From: an uncultured SAR86 cluster bacterium
GTDB lineage: Bacteria > Pseudomonadota > Gammaproteobacteria > Magnimaribacterales > AG-339-G14
Assembly (NCBI GenBank): GCA_902578495.1
Contig: CACHCY010000002.1
Location: forward strand, 66,320-130,319
Reading direction: 5' to 3'
Length of the DNA stretch: 64,000 nucleotides
A program made the translations under genes and the position numbers. This document shows, piece after piece, positions 1-9,467 of this stretch (positions are counted from its first letter, which is position 1; the number at the start of each line of letters is the position of its first letter). The notes beneath the pieces were generated by a model. That model saw nothing but the letters and a program-made list of their open reading frames with translations, was not told where the DNA came from and searched no databases.

Positions 1-29
1 TAATAAACAGAATTGAATGAAAAAACTTT

Positions 30-401
30 ATGAAAAATTTATTAATCTTTATTTTTTTATTAATCTTTCTATCTGCTTGCGGAGTAAAAAGTGTTACCTC
101 TGCTTCGGTTCAAGCTGACATTGTATCTGTTGCTGAATACAAAGATTATTCCTGTAAAGAACTTGCTTTGGATGCTCTTAATATTCAAAACAAAATTCCT
201 GAGATTTCTTCTGTTATCGACAAAAAGAAAAAAGACAACGATGCATACATAGCTACTGCAGTTGTATTTATGCCAATCTTGGCTGCGGGGATTAAAGGCA
301 ATCAAGAAGAAGCTGCTCAGCTAGCCCTTTATAAAGGCCAACTAAACGCAATTAGACAGGCAGCAATTATGAAAGATTGCGAAGTTATCGTTCAAAATTA
401 A
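30..401 (+). CDS. hypothetical lipoprotein (123 aa)
   Basis: N-terminal signal peptide ending in lipobox FLSAC. No family recognised. Confidence 0.5.
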   Translation: MKNLLIFIFLLIFLSACGVKSVTSASVQADIVSVAEYKDYSCKELALDALNIQNKIPEISSVIDKKKKDNDAYIATAVVFMPILAAGIKGNQEEAAQLALYKGQLNAIRQAAIMKDCEVIVQN

Positions 402-402
402 T

Positions 403-1053
403 TTATCTGTTGTAAGTCAGAACGCTTTCTAAGACCGTAACCATATTTTGTGGATCAACCGGCGATTTAAAAAATCCATAAAATCTACCTGATGGACTAA
501 GCAGTGCAAGATTCATGCTGTGATCCATGTCGTAGTCGGTGCGTTTTGAATCTACTACTGGTACAAAAGGAAGAGTAAGCTGTGTTGCTAAAGTATAAAT
601 AGTTCCTATGTCACCGCTTACACCTATAAAAGAAGAATCAAAAGATTTAGCGTATCTATCGATCAACTCTGGAGTATCTCTGTCTGGATCAACTGAAACA
701 ATCATAAAATTAATCTTATCTCTTAATTGAATATTTCTTTCAGCGAGAAGATTAGAGGCCTTTTTCATTTTTGCCATGGTCATTGGACACATATCTGGAC
801 ATGAGGCGAATCCCATGAATACCAAATGCCATTTCTCAAGCAAATTTGTTTGCTTGAAAACTTCTGTCCCTGACTTAAGCCTGAAATCTGTTAATTGTCT
901 AGGCGCTGAGAGCTCATAGAATTTTAGATCTTTGTATTCATCTTTAGTGAGCTCTTTGGGTGACACGATGCTGTAGACAAAAACACCGATCACTAACGAT
1001 ACCAGCACGAGACAAGATAAAACTGTTAATCGAATATTTGAACTTTTAGACAT
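403..1053 (-). CDS. SCO1/SenC copper chaperone for cytochrome oxidase assembly
   Basis: N-terminal TM anchor. Thioredoxin-fold CxxxC motif (SCPDMCP) and downstream conserved His (DHSMN). Lies at the end of the cox cluster. Confidence 0.85.
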   Translation of the reverse strand: MSKSSNIRLTVLSCLVLVSLVIGVFVYSIVSPKELTKDEYKDLKFYELSAPRQLTDFRLKSGTEVFKQTNLLEKWHLVFMGFASCPDMCPMTMAKMKKASNLLAERNIQLRDKINFMIVSVDPDRDTPELIDRYAKSFDSSFIGVSGDIGTIYTLATQLTLPFVPVVDSKRTDYDMDHSMNLALLSPSGRFYGFFKSPVDPQNMVTVLESVLTYNR

Positions 1054-1918
1054 AAGTTATCACCGCCCTATCCACGATCATCAATAAAAATATTAACGTT
1101 AAATAAACAATGGAATATAAAAATAAACTCATGGAATTATCGGCGCCTGCACTTTGCTTTAATTTCCAAGATTTTTGTATGAATATTCCGCCAAGGATTG
1201 CTGCTCCGATCAGATAAATATAACCAAAATATCCAGTTGCAAATAAAAGTAGCGACACCACCATTAGTAATATTGAATAAAGAACTATTTGAATCTTTGT
1301 GTACTCGATACCTTTGACCACTGGCATCATCGGAATTCCAGCTTTTGCGTATTCGTCTTTTTTATTGATAGCGAGAGCCCAAAAATGTGGCGGGGTCCAA
1401 ATAAAAATTAACAGTACAAGTAAAAGTGGTAATGGATCTATAGAACCCACTACAGCAGTCCAACCTAATAAAGGAGGCATTGCTCCTGCTAAACCACCGA
1501 TGACAATATTTTGTGAACCGGAAAATTTAAGCACTTTTGTATAAAAAAATGCATAAAAAATCCAAGTTCCAAAAGTTAAAGCCCACGTTAAAAAGTTATT
1601 AAAATACAAAATCAAAGCAGATCCAGCTATGAAAAGAAAACTTGCAAATACGGTTGCAGAAGTCACACTAATTTTTCCAGTCACAATAGGTCTTTTTACT
1701 GTTCTTTCCATTACAGAGTCGTATTTAAAATCTAAAATTTGATTAATTGCAGCTGAAGATCCTGCAATAAAAGCTATTCCTAAAAAACCTGTCAGAGCTT
1801 TGATGATATCGAGGTTAAAGTTTGTGGCTAAAATCATGGAAGCGCCAGCAGTAATCATCAATAGGTATAAAACTCCAGGTTTTGTGAGTTTAAAAAATTC
1901 AGAAATAGTTAGGCTCAT
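1046..1918 (-). CDS. ctaB: protoheme IX farnesyltransferase (heme O synthase)
   Basis: Polytopic UbiA-family protein with N-terminus FFKLTKPGV. Overlaps ctaA and SCO1 within the cox cluster. Confidence 0.9.
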   Translation of the reverse strand: MSLTISEFFKLTKPGVLYLLMITAGASMILATNFNLDIIKALTGFLGIAFIAGSSAAINQILDFKYDSVMERTVKRPIVTGKISVTSATVFASFLFIAGSALILYFNNFLTWALTFGTWIFYAFFYTKVLKFSGSQNIVIGGLAGAMPPLLGWTAVVGSIDPLPLLLVLLIFIWTPPHFWALAINKKDEYAKAGIPMMPVVKGIEYTKIQIVLYSILLMVVSLLLFATGYFGYIYLIGAAILGGIFIQKSWKLKQSAGADNSMSLFLYSIVYLTLIFLLMIVDRAVITYV

Positions 1919-2919
1919 GCGGGGATTATTGTAGATGATTTTAGTCTAACAAAGGATAAATACATGAGAAGGAATAAGGCTCCTAAGTTGTGAGCGATGG
2001 CAACGTATAAAGGAACTTGAAAATATATATTGGATATACCTAAAACTATTTGGAAAGTAATCAGTGACGCAAAACAGAAAGAAGTTAACGGATAATTTTC
2101 CTTGAAAAAACGCCATGATAAAAGCAGGAAGACAATGGATACAGCAATTGCACCCAATCTATGAATAAAGTGAATCGCTATTCTGGATTCCACATCCATT
2201 TGCCCCCCAAGGTAATCGGGTCCAATTTGCTGAAAGAAATTGAAACCTTTTGCATAGTCTGCTCGAGGCAGCCACTTTCCATGGCAAGTTGGAAAATCTG
2301 GACATGCTAATGCTGCATAATTCGAACTTAGCCAAACTCCTAAAATTATTTGGGCAAGAAGAAATGGAAAAGCCCAATTAAGAAGAGTATTCGTTTTTGG
2401 TAATACTGAAAAGTTAATATTAAAAGATGATCTTAAATGGGATGACCTTAAAAAAATTAGGAAGACTAAAGTGGTGGTAAAAAAACCTCCTAAAAGGTGC
2501 AAGGTAACAACTTGCGGCCAAAGTTTTAGACTTACAGTTAAATAACCAAAAAGTGACTGAACACAAACCAGCACAGTGGCGGCATAAATAAGGTTTTTGA
2601 GCCATTTATCTTTGGTCTTAGCAATAATAGCGATAAAAAACAGGCCAAAAATAAGTAACCCAAGAGTTCCAGCAAAATATCTATGAACAACTTCTGGAAT
2701 TGCCTTTTTAACTTCAAATTGTCTTTCCGGATAAGCAATGTTCGCTTGCTCAATTTCAGATTCTGTTTCTGGCATCCAAACGTATCCGTAACAACCAGGC
2801 CAATCGGGACAACCTAATCCGGCATCGACTAATCTCGTCCATGCTCCTAAGCCCACTACAACAAAGGCTAGGAAGATTCCTATCAGGCTAATTGCTTGAA
2901 TTCTCTTATAGCTATCCAA
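1915..2919 (-). CDS. ctaA: heme A synthase (COX15/CtaA)
   Basis: TRLVDAGLGCPDWPGCYG motif, a second Cys pair (CPDFPTC) and multiple TM helices with conserved His. Confidence 0.9.
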   Translation of the reverse strand: MDSYKRIQAISLIGIFLAFVVVGLGAWTRLVDAGLGCPDWPGCYGYVWMPETESEIEQANIAYPERQFEVKKAIPEVVHRYFAGTLGLLIFGLFFIAIIAKTKDKWLKNLIYAATVLVCVQSLFGYLTVSLKLWPQVVTLHLLGGFFTTTLVFLIFLRSSHLRSSFNINFSVLPKTNTLLNWAFPFLLAQIILGVWLSSNYAALACPDFPTCHGKWLPRADYAKGFNFFQQIGPDYLGGQMDVESRIAIHFIHRLGAIAVSIVFLLLSWRFFKENYPLTSFCFASLITFQIVLGISNIYFQVPLYVAIAHNLGALFLLMYLSFVRLKSSTIIPA

Positions 2920-3499
2920 TTTTTGAAACCCTCAATAATTTTTTTAAGTCTTCAAGGATTTGCTTAAAGTTTTCATTTTTATCCTCTTTAGGACCATAAA
3001 ACATGATGATATTTCCCAAAGGATCTACCACAAACAAAGATCCTTCCTCAAAAGGATCAATATTCTGACCTTCAAATTCTTTAGTAATCAAGGAGCTTTC
3101 GCCATAAGTAGCATGATTTAGAGGCTTATATTTCTCCAAGATATCAAAGTTTTTATCAGTATCGCTAAGTAGAAATCTTGACACTCGAATACTCTCTCGG
3201 TTCAAGGCTATATTGGCTTGTCTTGCAACATAAGCTGCATCGTCGCATATTAATGAACAGTCTCCTTTTATAAACTGGAAGATCATCCAGTCTCTCTCAA
3301 TGGTTTCGATGTTAAAGGGCTGATAATCATAGGTGATTCCGAGCTTACCCACATCAATTGGCGGTGACAGAAGCTGGCCGTTATTTACCCTTCCTTCTGG
3401 AACTGATGCTCCCGAGTAGTACCATATCGTGCTTGAGAGGATCACCAAGATTGGAGTTAAGAAAATTAGCATCGCTATGACAAAATTTTTCTTAATCAT
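2912..3499 (-). CDS. membrane-anchored SCO-like/thioredoxin-fold protein associated with the cox cluster
   Basis: Single N-terminal TM helix and a CxxxC motif (GDCSLIC). Occupies the SURF1-ctaA slot that holds a hypothetical gene in other gammaproteobacterial cox clusters. Confidence 0.5.
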   Translation of the reverse strand: MIKKNFVIAMLIFLTPILVILSSTIWYYSGASVPEGRVNNGQLLSPPIDVGKLGITYDYQPFNIETIERDWMIFQFIKGDCSLICDDAAYVARQANIALNRESIRVSRFLLSDTDKNFDILEKYKPLNHATYGESSLITKEFEGQNIDPFEEGSLFVVDPLGNIIMFYGPKEDKNENFKQILEDLKKLLRVSKIG

Positions 3500-4196
3500 T
3501 TTTTCTAAACCCTACAAAAATAAAACCTGCCAAGGCAACCAAGCTCAAACCTAACCATTGAATTGCATAGCCAAAATGACGATTAGCTGAAAGATAAACG
3601 GGTTGCCAAATCCTTGAGAATCCATCTAATGAAAATTCATCAAGTTCAAAGACTACAGCTGGAAAGTTTGTATTCCACTTCAGATTAATACTATCGATAT
3701 CAAAGGACTGCATTTCTAAATCACTTTCTTCCCTCTCATAGATTGAATTATCAATCGTGAAAGCTTTTTCGATGGGTCTGAAAACTCCCTGCAATAAATA
3801 GTTTTGATCTAAAGTCTTTTTTGAACTATCAAATGATTTTGACCATCCTTTTGATACCAAAAGTGATAAGCCATTGTTAGATAAAAACTCTTGATAAACA
3901 GAAAAACCTCGAACTCCTTCATAGATTGCGTTGTCTACTAGAACTGTTTTTTTACTGAATTCGCCTTGCATAAAAAAGGGTCTATACCACTGGCTGGGAG
4001 ATGCATATTCTAAAGAAATAAATTCGGTTGGGGGCTTTGTTTGCTGATTATTAATAAAACTTTCAAGCTTAGATTTTTCTAGACCTCTTTGGTATTGCCA
4101 AAAACTTAAACTTAATAAAATTGGTAATATAAAGGCCGTAAAAATTGTAAACTTCCAACCAGGATTAAATTTTCCAATGTTAGTAAAAATACTCAT
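3492..4196 (-). CDS. SURF1 family cytochrome oxidase biogenesis protein
   Basis: TM helices at both termini, a periplasmic middle domain and C-terminal HFGYAIQW motif. cox cluster context. Confidence 0.85.
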   Translation of the reverse strand: MSIFTNIGKFNPGWKFTIFTAFILPILLSLSFWQYQRGLEKSKLESFINNQQTKPPTEFISLEYASPSQWYRPFFMQGEFSKKTVLVDNAIYEGVRGFSVYQEFLSNNGLSLLVSKGWSKSFDSSKKTLDQNYLLQGVFRPIEKAFTIDNSIYEREESDLEMQSFDIDSINLKWNTNFPAVVFELDEFSLDGFSRIWQPVYLSANRHFGYAIQWLGLSLVALAGFIFVGFRKND

Positions 4197-4389
4197 CGTC
4201 GTTTTAATGATTGCTATGCTTATCAGTCTCTTTTCTAGCGCGGCTTTTATGATTAAAGATAAAAAAGGTGCAATGACAAGAAGTTTTATGGCTCTCAGGG
4301 TAAGGGTGATAATCGCGGGTCTTCTGTTGTTGACCCTCGCATACGGTCTCTATAGCGGTCAAATAGTTGTTAATAGCCCTTGGGGTTAG
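4177..4389 (+). CDS. DUF2909-like twin-transmembrane-helix small protein
   Basis: 70 aa with two clear TM helices separated by the basic loop KDKKGAMTRS. Resembles the small cox-associated DUF2909 proteins. The competing minus-strand ORF (4204-4422) looks non-protein-like. Confidence 0.6.
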   Translation: MLVKILIVVLMIAMLISLFSSAAFMIKDKKGAMTRSFMALRVRVIIAGLLLLTLAYGLYSGQIVVNSPWG

Positions 4390-5288
4390 AATACGTAAAC
4401 CACCAACACCAACAATATCCATACTACATCCACGAAGTGCCAGTACCAGGATCCTGCTGCAAGACCAAAGTGGTCATCTTTAGTAAAGGCTCCACGAAAT
4501 CCTCTTATAGTCATGATTGTCAGAATGATTGCTCCTAAACAAACATGGAAGCCATGGAAACCTGTAAGAAGAAAGAAAGTAGTCCCGTAAATCCCAGCAC
4601 CAAGAGTCAGACCCATATGATCGTAGGCTTCGTAATACTCGAGACCTTGTAAATAAACAAAGGTATATCCAAGAATAAGAGTCATAACCATCCAAAACTT
4701 AAACGAATTTCTGTTGCCTTTTTTTAAAGCATGCTCAGCAATCGTTATAGTCCCGCTTGAGGTTACCAAGCAAAGAGTATTCCAAAACGGTAACCAATGA
4801 CCTACGTTTGCAAAACCAGGAAAATTCATATTCTCTTTTGGACCTTGAAATAAAGATTGATCCGGCGTCTGCATAACTGGCCAGGTTGCTTCAAAGCCAG
4901 GCCAAAGCATATTGGCAATGGCTTTTTCTCCTTCACCACCAAGCCAGGGCACTGCAAATATTCTTACGTATCCAAGCGCTAAAAAGAAGGCGAAAAAAAA
5001 CATGACTTCACTGAATATGAACCACTGCATACCCATAACAAAAGATCTATTCAATTGATCGCTGTACATTCCTTTGTCGTTTTCTTTTATTACTTCGCCA
5101 AACCAAAAGAAAAACACAGAAAAGATGACAGCAAAAGCAGCAATTAAGATCCAATACGAATTTGAGTCAGGTTTGTCTAAATCATTAATGGTGTAACCCG
5201 CACCTAAGACAAAAAGCATTAAACCAAACGCCATCCAGATTGGTAATCTACTGCTTGCTGGAACGAAATATGAAGATTGGTCGGACAT
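4386..5288 (-). CDS. coxC: cytochrome c oxidase subunit III
   Basis: Seven-TM subunit III pattern with FHGFHV and WYWHFVDVVW motifs. Confidence 0.95.
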   Translation of the reverse strand: MSDQSSYFVPASSRLPIWMAFGLMLFVLGAGYTINDLDKPDSNSYWILIAAFAVIFSVFFFWFGEVIKENDKGMYSDQLNRSFVMGMQWFIFSEVMFFFAFFLALGYVRIFAVPWLGGEGEKAIANMLWPGFEATWPVMQTPDQSLFQGPKENMNFPGFANVGHWLPFWNTLCLVTSSGTITIAEHALKKGNRNSFKFWMVMTLILGYTFVYLQGLEYYEAYDHMGLTLGAGIYGTTFFLLTGFHGFHVCLGAIILTIMTIRGFRGAFTKDDHFGLAAGSWYWHFVDVVWILLVLVVYVF

Positions 5289-5290
5289 AA

Positions 5291-5830
5291 TTAATTGCTT
5301 GCTTGTAATTTTATATGAGATTCGGAGATATCAAAAAGAGTATAGCCAAGCGTTAACACTGGAACATCGTCAGGAAGATCAGGATCAATAATGAATCTAA
5401 CCGGCATGGTTAACTTTTCTCCAGGTTGTAAAAGCTGTTCCTCAAAACAGAAGCATTCGGTTTTATGAAAATATTGAGCACCTTTTCCTGGAGATACACT
5501 CGGAATAGCTTGAGCCACCATAGGATAATCTGTGGGATTCTCAAAAGTATAATCAACTGTATACGCTCTTCCCGTTTCTGCATCTAATATTCTTTTCTCG
5601 GAGGTAAAATTCCAAGCCATATTTTCATTGTTCTTAGTAACAAAAAGGATTTTGATTTCCCTGGAATTAAAATTGTCATCGTATTCGGTAATGGTTGGAC
5701 CGGATACTTTTCCGTTTAAACCGGTTATTTCACAAAATACGTCGTAAATAGGAACTAAGGCAAAACCAAAGCAGAACATACCTAAAACAAGACTTACTAA
5801 TTTTAAGTTTGTTTTAGTAGCTGCCTTCAC
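5291..5830 (-). CDS. ctaG: cytochrome c oxidase assembly protein CtaG/Cox11
   Basis: N-terminal TM helix and the CFCFEEQ copper-binding motif typical of Cox11. Confidence 0.9.
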   Translation of the reverse strand: MKAATKTNLKLVSLVLGMFCFGFALVPIYDVFCEITGLNGKVSGPTITEYDDNFNSREIKILFVTKNNENMAWNFTSEKRILDAETGRAYTVDYTFENPTDYPMVAQAIPSVSPGKGAQYFHKTECFCFEEQLLQPGEKLTMPVRFIIDPDLPDDVPVLTLGYTLFDISESHIKLQASN

Positions 5831-7410
5831 TTAACTTCTGGTGGGGTTTCAAAAGTATGATACGGAGCTGGTGATGCAACAGTCCACTCTAATCCCTTGG
5901 CACCTTCCCATACTTCAGATGTAGCCTGTTTCCCGGCAAAAATGCTCTTAAGAATGATAAACAAGAAAAGAAGCTGGGTTAACCCAAATATGAATGCGCC
6001 AATGGAAATCACCATATTAAAATCTGCGAATTGAAGCGCATAATCAGGAATTCTTCTAGGCATTCCTGCTAACCCAACAAAGTGCATGGGGAAGAAGGTA
6101 ATGTTAACCGAAATAAAAGACATCCAAAAATGAGTCTTCCCTAGAACTTCGTCATACATATTGCCTGTCCATTTTGGTAACCAATAATAAACACCAGCAA
6201 TTATTCCAAAGATGGCTCCTGGGACTAAAACATAATGGAAATGCGCTACGACAAAATAAGTATCGTGGTATTGAAAGTCAGCTGGAGCTATTGCAAGCAT
6301 CAACCCTGATAATCCACCGATGGTGAACAAAGCTACGAAAGCTATTGAAAAAAGCATCGGGGTCTCAAAAGAGATTGAGCCTTTAAACATTGTCGATAAC
6401 CAATTAAAAACTTTCACTCCTGTTGGAATAGCAATCAACATGGTTGTGTACATGAAGAAAAGTTCGCCCGCGATAGGCATACCAACTGTAAACATGTGGT
6501 GTGCCCAAACAATGAAAGAAAGAATAGCGATTGATGCTATTGCATAAACCATTGATGTGTATCCAAAAATTGGTTTTCTTGAGAAAGTTTCAATGATGTG
6601 CGAGACAATCCCAAAAGCAGGCAGAATCATGATGTAAACCTCAGGGTGACCAAAGAACCAAAAGATGTGTTGAAATAAAACCGGATCTCCACCACCAGCA
6701 GCGTTAAAGAAACTTGTTCCAAAATGGATATCCATGAGCATCATAGTTACAGCCCCCGCAAGAACTGGCATTACAGCAATAAGAAGATAAGCAGTAATCA
6801 GCCAAGTCCAAGTAAACAAAGGCATCTTCATGAAAGTCATCCCAGGCGCTCTCATGTTTAGAATTGTGGTGATGATGTTTATAGATCCCATGATGGAAGA
6901 TGCTCCCATGATGTGAACTGCAAAAATAAAGAAGGTTACGGTTGGCGGTGCATACGTAGTAGATAAAGGCGCATAGAAAGTCCAACCAAAGTTAGGGCCT
7001 CCGCCCTCCATGAAAAAAGTGGAAATTAAAATTCCAAAAGCCACTGGTAGAATCCAAAAACTTAAGTTATTCATTCTTGGTAAAGCCATATCTGGAGCAC
7101 CGATTTGCATAGGAATAATCCAGTTAGCCAAACCAACGAAAGCTGGCATGACCGCTCCAAAAACCATAATCAGACCATGATTGGTCAGCATTTGATTATA
7201 AAATTCTGGAGAGACTATTTGGCTTCCAGGCTCAAATAGCTCAGCTCTGATAACCATTGCCATGGCACCACCTAAAAATAACATCAGAAAGCTAAACCAA
7301 AGGTAAAGCGTACCGATGTCTTTGTGGTTAGTAGTGTATAACCATCTTGTTATACCTTTTGCTGGGCCGTGATGATGATCATCTGAATGCGAATCGATTA
7401 CTGCGCTCAT
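5827..7410 (-). CDS. coxA: cytochrome c oxidase subunit I
   Basis: Heme-copper oxidase subunit I signatures (WFFGHPEVY, HHMF, VAHFHYV). Confidence 0.97.
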   Translation of the reverse strand: MSAVIDSHSDDHHHGPAKGITRWLYTTNHKDIGTLYLWFSFLMLFLGGAMAMVIRAELFEPGSQIVSPEFYNQMLTNHGLIMVFGAVMPAFVGLANWIIPMQIGAPDMALPRMNNLSFWILPVAFGILISTFFMEGGGPNFGWTFYAPLSTTYAPPTVTFFIFAVHIMGASSIMGSINIITTILNMRAPGMTFMKMPLFTWTWLITAYLLIAVMPVLAGAVTMMLMDIHFGTSFFNAAGGGDPVLFQHIFWFFGHPEVYIMILPAFGIVSHIIETFSRKPIFGYTSMVYAIASIAILSFIVWAHHMFTVGMPIAGELFFMYTTMLIAIPTGVKVFNWLSTMFKGSISFETPMLFSIAFVALFTIGGLSGLMLAIAPADFQYHDTYFVVAHFHYVLVPGAIFGIIAGVYYWLPKWTGNMYDEVLGKTHFWMSFISVNITFFPMHFVGLAGMPRRIPDYALQFADFNMVISIGAFIFGLTQLLFLFIILKSIFAGKQATSEVWEGAKGLEWTVASPAPYHTFETPPEVK

Positions 7411-7424
7411 AGTCCTTCCGTGTA

Positions 7425-8561
7425 TTAAAGTTTGTTATTTTTATAATCCAAAATTTCTTTTGGAATTACGATTTCTCCGTCACCGCTAGCATCGTTGCCC
7501 CACGCCTTCCTGGTGTAGGTAATAACGGCTGCAATGTCGACTTCAGAAAGCTGTTCTGCGTATGACTGCATAGCAGCACCTTGAACTCCTTCCATTAAAA
7601 TTTCTATTTGTTTGGCTTTATCATTTAGCACAAGATCACTTCCTGCTAATGCAGGGAATACTGGAGGTAATCCTTCCCCATTGACTTGATGACAAGCTAC
7701 GCAATTGGTTTGGTAAACACCTTCTCCAATTTCATAAAGTTCTTCTGTTGACCAAAGCTTTTCAGTGAGAAGCGCTTGTTGAATTTTTGCTTCTTTCTTC
7801 TCGTTTACCCAAAGTTCGTAATCTTCAGGTGATACTGCCTTAACAACAACTGGCATGTACCCGTGATATTGCCCACATAACTCAGTGCATTGACCTCTGA
7901 AAATTCCTTCTTCGTCTACTTGCGTCCAAGCTGTATTTATAAAACCAGGGATGGCATCTTGCTTAACCGCAAAATCAGGAACCCACCATGAGTGGATTAC
8001 ATCGTTAGCTGTGATTAAAAATCTGATTCTTTTATTAGTTGGTATAACTAAAGGCTCATCAACTTCCAAAAGATAGTTATCTGATTTGGGGGCAATGTTG
8101 TTTCTTTGATCTAAATCTGTGGATAGGTTACTGAAAAAACTTACTTCGTCTTCTAGGTACTCATACTGCCACTTCCATTGATGCCCAGTAATTAAAATAT
8201 TGATATCTCCTTCTGCATCATCGTATGCACGAATCATTGTGAAGGTTGCCGGAATTGCCATGACTGCCAAAATAACAGCAAATAAAACGGTCCAGGTCAT
8301 TTCTAAAACTGGATGGTCATCAAACTGAGCTGGTTTGTCACCTTCTTTTTTTCTAAAAGCAACTATGAGATAAACCATAAAGCCGAGCACTAATGCTCCA
8401 ATGACCACACATATCCAGAAGATAGTCATGTGCAGATCAAAAATTTCTCTGCTGAGGGCATTAACTCCTGGAGTCATATTCACGTCTCCCCAACCAGCAA
8501 AAAGTGGAAGGGATGCGCAACAGGTAATTAATGCCGCAAAAATTCTTTTAATTAATACCAT
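7425..8561 (-). CDS. coxB: cytochrome c oxidase subunit II with fused C-terminal cytochrome c domain
   Basis: CuA site (HSWWVP, CTELCGQYHGYM) followed by the CVACH heme-c motif. Confidence 0.95.
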   Translation of the reverse strand: MVLIKRIFAALITCCASLPLFAGWGDVNMTPGVNALSREIFDLHMTIFWICVVIGALVLGFMVYLIVAFRKKEGDKPAQFDDHPVLEMTWTVLFAVILAVMAIPATFTMIRAYDDAEGDINILITGHQWKWQYEYLEDEVSFFSNLSTDLDQRNNIAPKSDNYLLEVDEPLVIPTNKRIRFLITANDVIHSWWVPDFAVKQDAIPGFINTAWTQVDEEGIFRGQCTELCGQYHGYMPVVVKAVSPEDYELWVNEKKEAKIQQALLTEKLWSTEELYEIGEGVYQTNCVACHQVNGEGLPPVFPALAGSDLVLNDKAKQIEILMEGVQGAAMQSYAEQLSEVDIAAVITYTRKAWGNDASGDGEIVIPKEILDYKNNKL

Positions 8562-8618
8562 TTAGTAATCTTTCTTTAAGGTAGGCTGCGTAATTTTACT
8601 TCAAAAGTATATGGAAAA

Positions 8619-9467
8619 CTAACGCAAAGCCAATAAATTATTGGTCTTTGGAAGTTTTCCTGTCCAAGTTTCAAATGAAGCAGCTCCTTGCTCAACAAGC
8701 ATCCCCCATCCGTCTGAAACTGATTGTGCGCCGCTGTTTTTAGCATCAATCATAAATTGGGTATCGGCCTGAGAGTAAGCTAAATCATAGGCTAGAGCAC
8801 AGTTACCATATAGAGATGGGTCTATCGGTAAGCTCTCATTTTCAAGGGTGGAAATTGAGGTAGCATTGATAATCAGATCAAAAGAATGAAATTCATCCTG
8901 AATTGAATTAAAACTCGATGCTATAAGATTAGAATTTTTCCCTGAAGACTGTCTGTATAAGGATAAATCCCTAACTAGTTCTTGAGCTTTTTCAAGAGTT
9001 CTATTCGCTATGCAAATGGTTTTCGGATTGAGATCTTGCAATCCGAAGGCAGCTCCTTTGGCTGCGCCTCCTGCTCCAAGGATTAAAATCTCTTTGCCAT
9101 AAAGATCAAATCCTAAATTTTGATTAATATCCTTTGCTAAGCCAATGCAATCTGTATTATCTCCGACAATAATATTCCCCTTCTTATATAAATTATTGGA
9201 AGCACCTATCATTTGCGCTTTTGTTGAAGAATCATTTGAAAATTTCAAAGCTAATTTTTTAAAAGGCAGAGTAACGCTTAATCCGAGACCAGACCTAAAA
9301 AAATCTTTAACAAAATTTTCGAAGTCTTCCTCATCTACTAAATATTTTCCAAATGAGATTTTAATTTTTTGCTGATCAGCAAAGTGGTGATGGATCTCTG
9401 GCGATCGACTATGTCTAATGGGATTACCAACTACTCCAAATTTTAAACTCTTCATTTTCTTATCCAC
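8619..9467 (-). CDS. aroE: shikimate dehydrogenase
   Basis: GNPIRHSRSPEIHH motif and GAGGAAKG NADP-binding loop. Confidence 0.9.
   Translation of the reverse strand: MDKKMKSLKFGVVGNPIRHSRSPEIHHHFADQQKIKISFGKYLVDEEDFENFVKDFFRSGLGLSVTLPFKKLALKFSNDSSTKAQMIGASNNLYKKGNIIVGDNTDCIGLAKDINQNLGFDLYGKEILILGAGGAAKGAAFGLQDLNPKTICIANRTLEKAQELVRDLSLYRQSSGKNSNLIASSFNSIQDEFHSFDLIINATSISTLENESLPIDPSLYGNCALAYDLAYSQADTQFMIDAKNSGAQSVSDGWGMLVEQGAASFETWTGKLPKTNNLLALR

Noticed and set aside
4204-4422. 72-aa minus-strand ORF competing with the plus-strand DUF2909-like gene
   Set aside because: Its translation is polar and His/Cys-rich with no TM helices. The plus-strand product is a clean two-helix membrane protein resembling a known cox-associated family.
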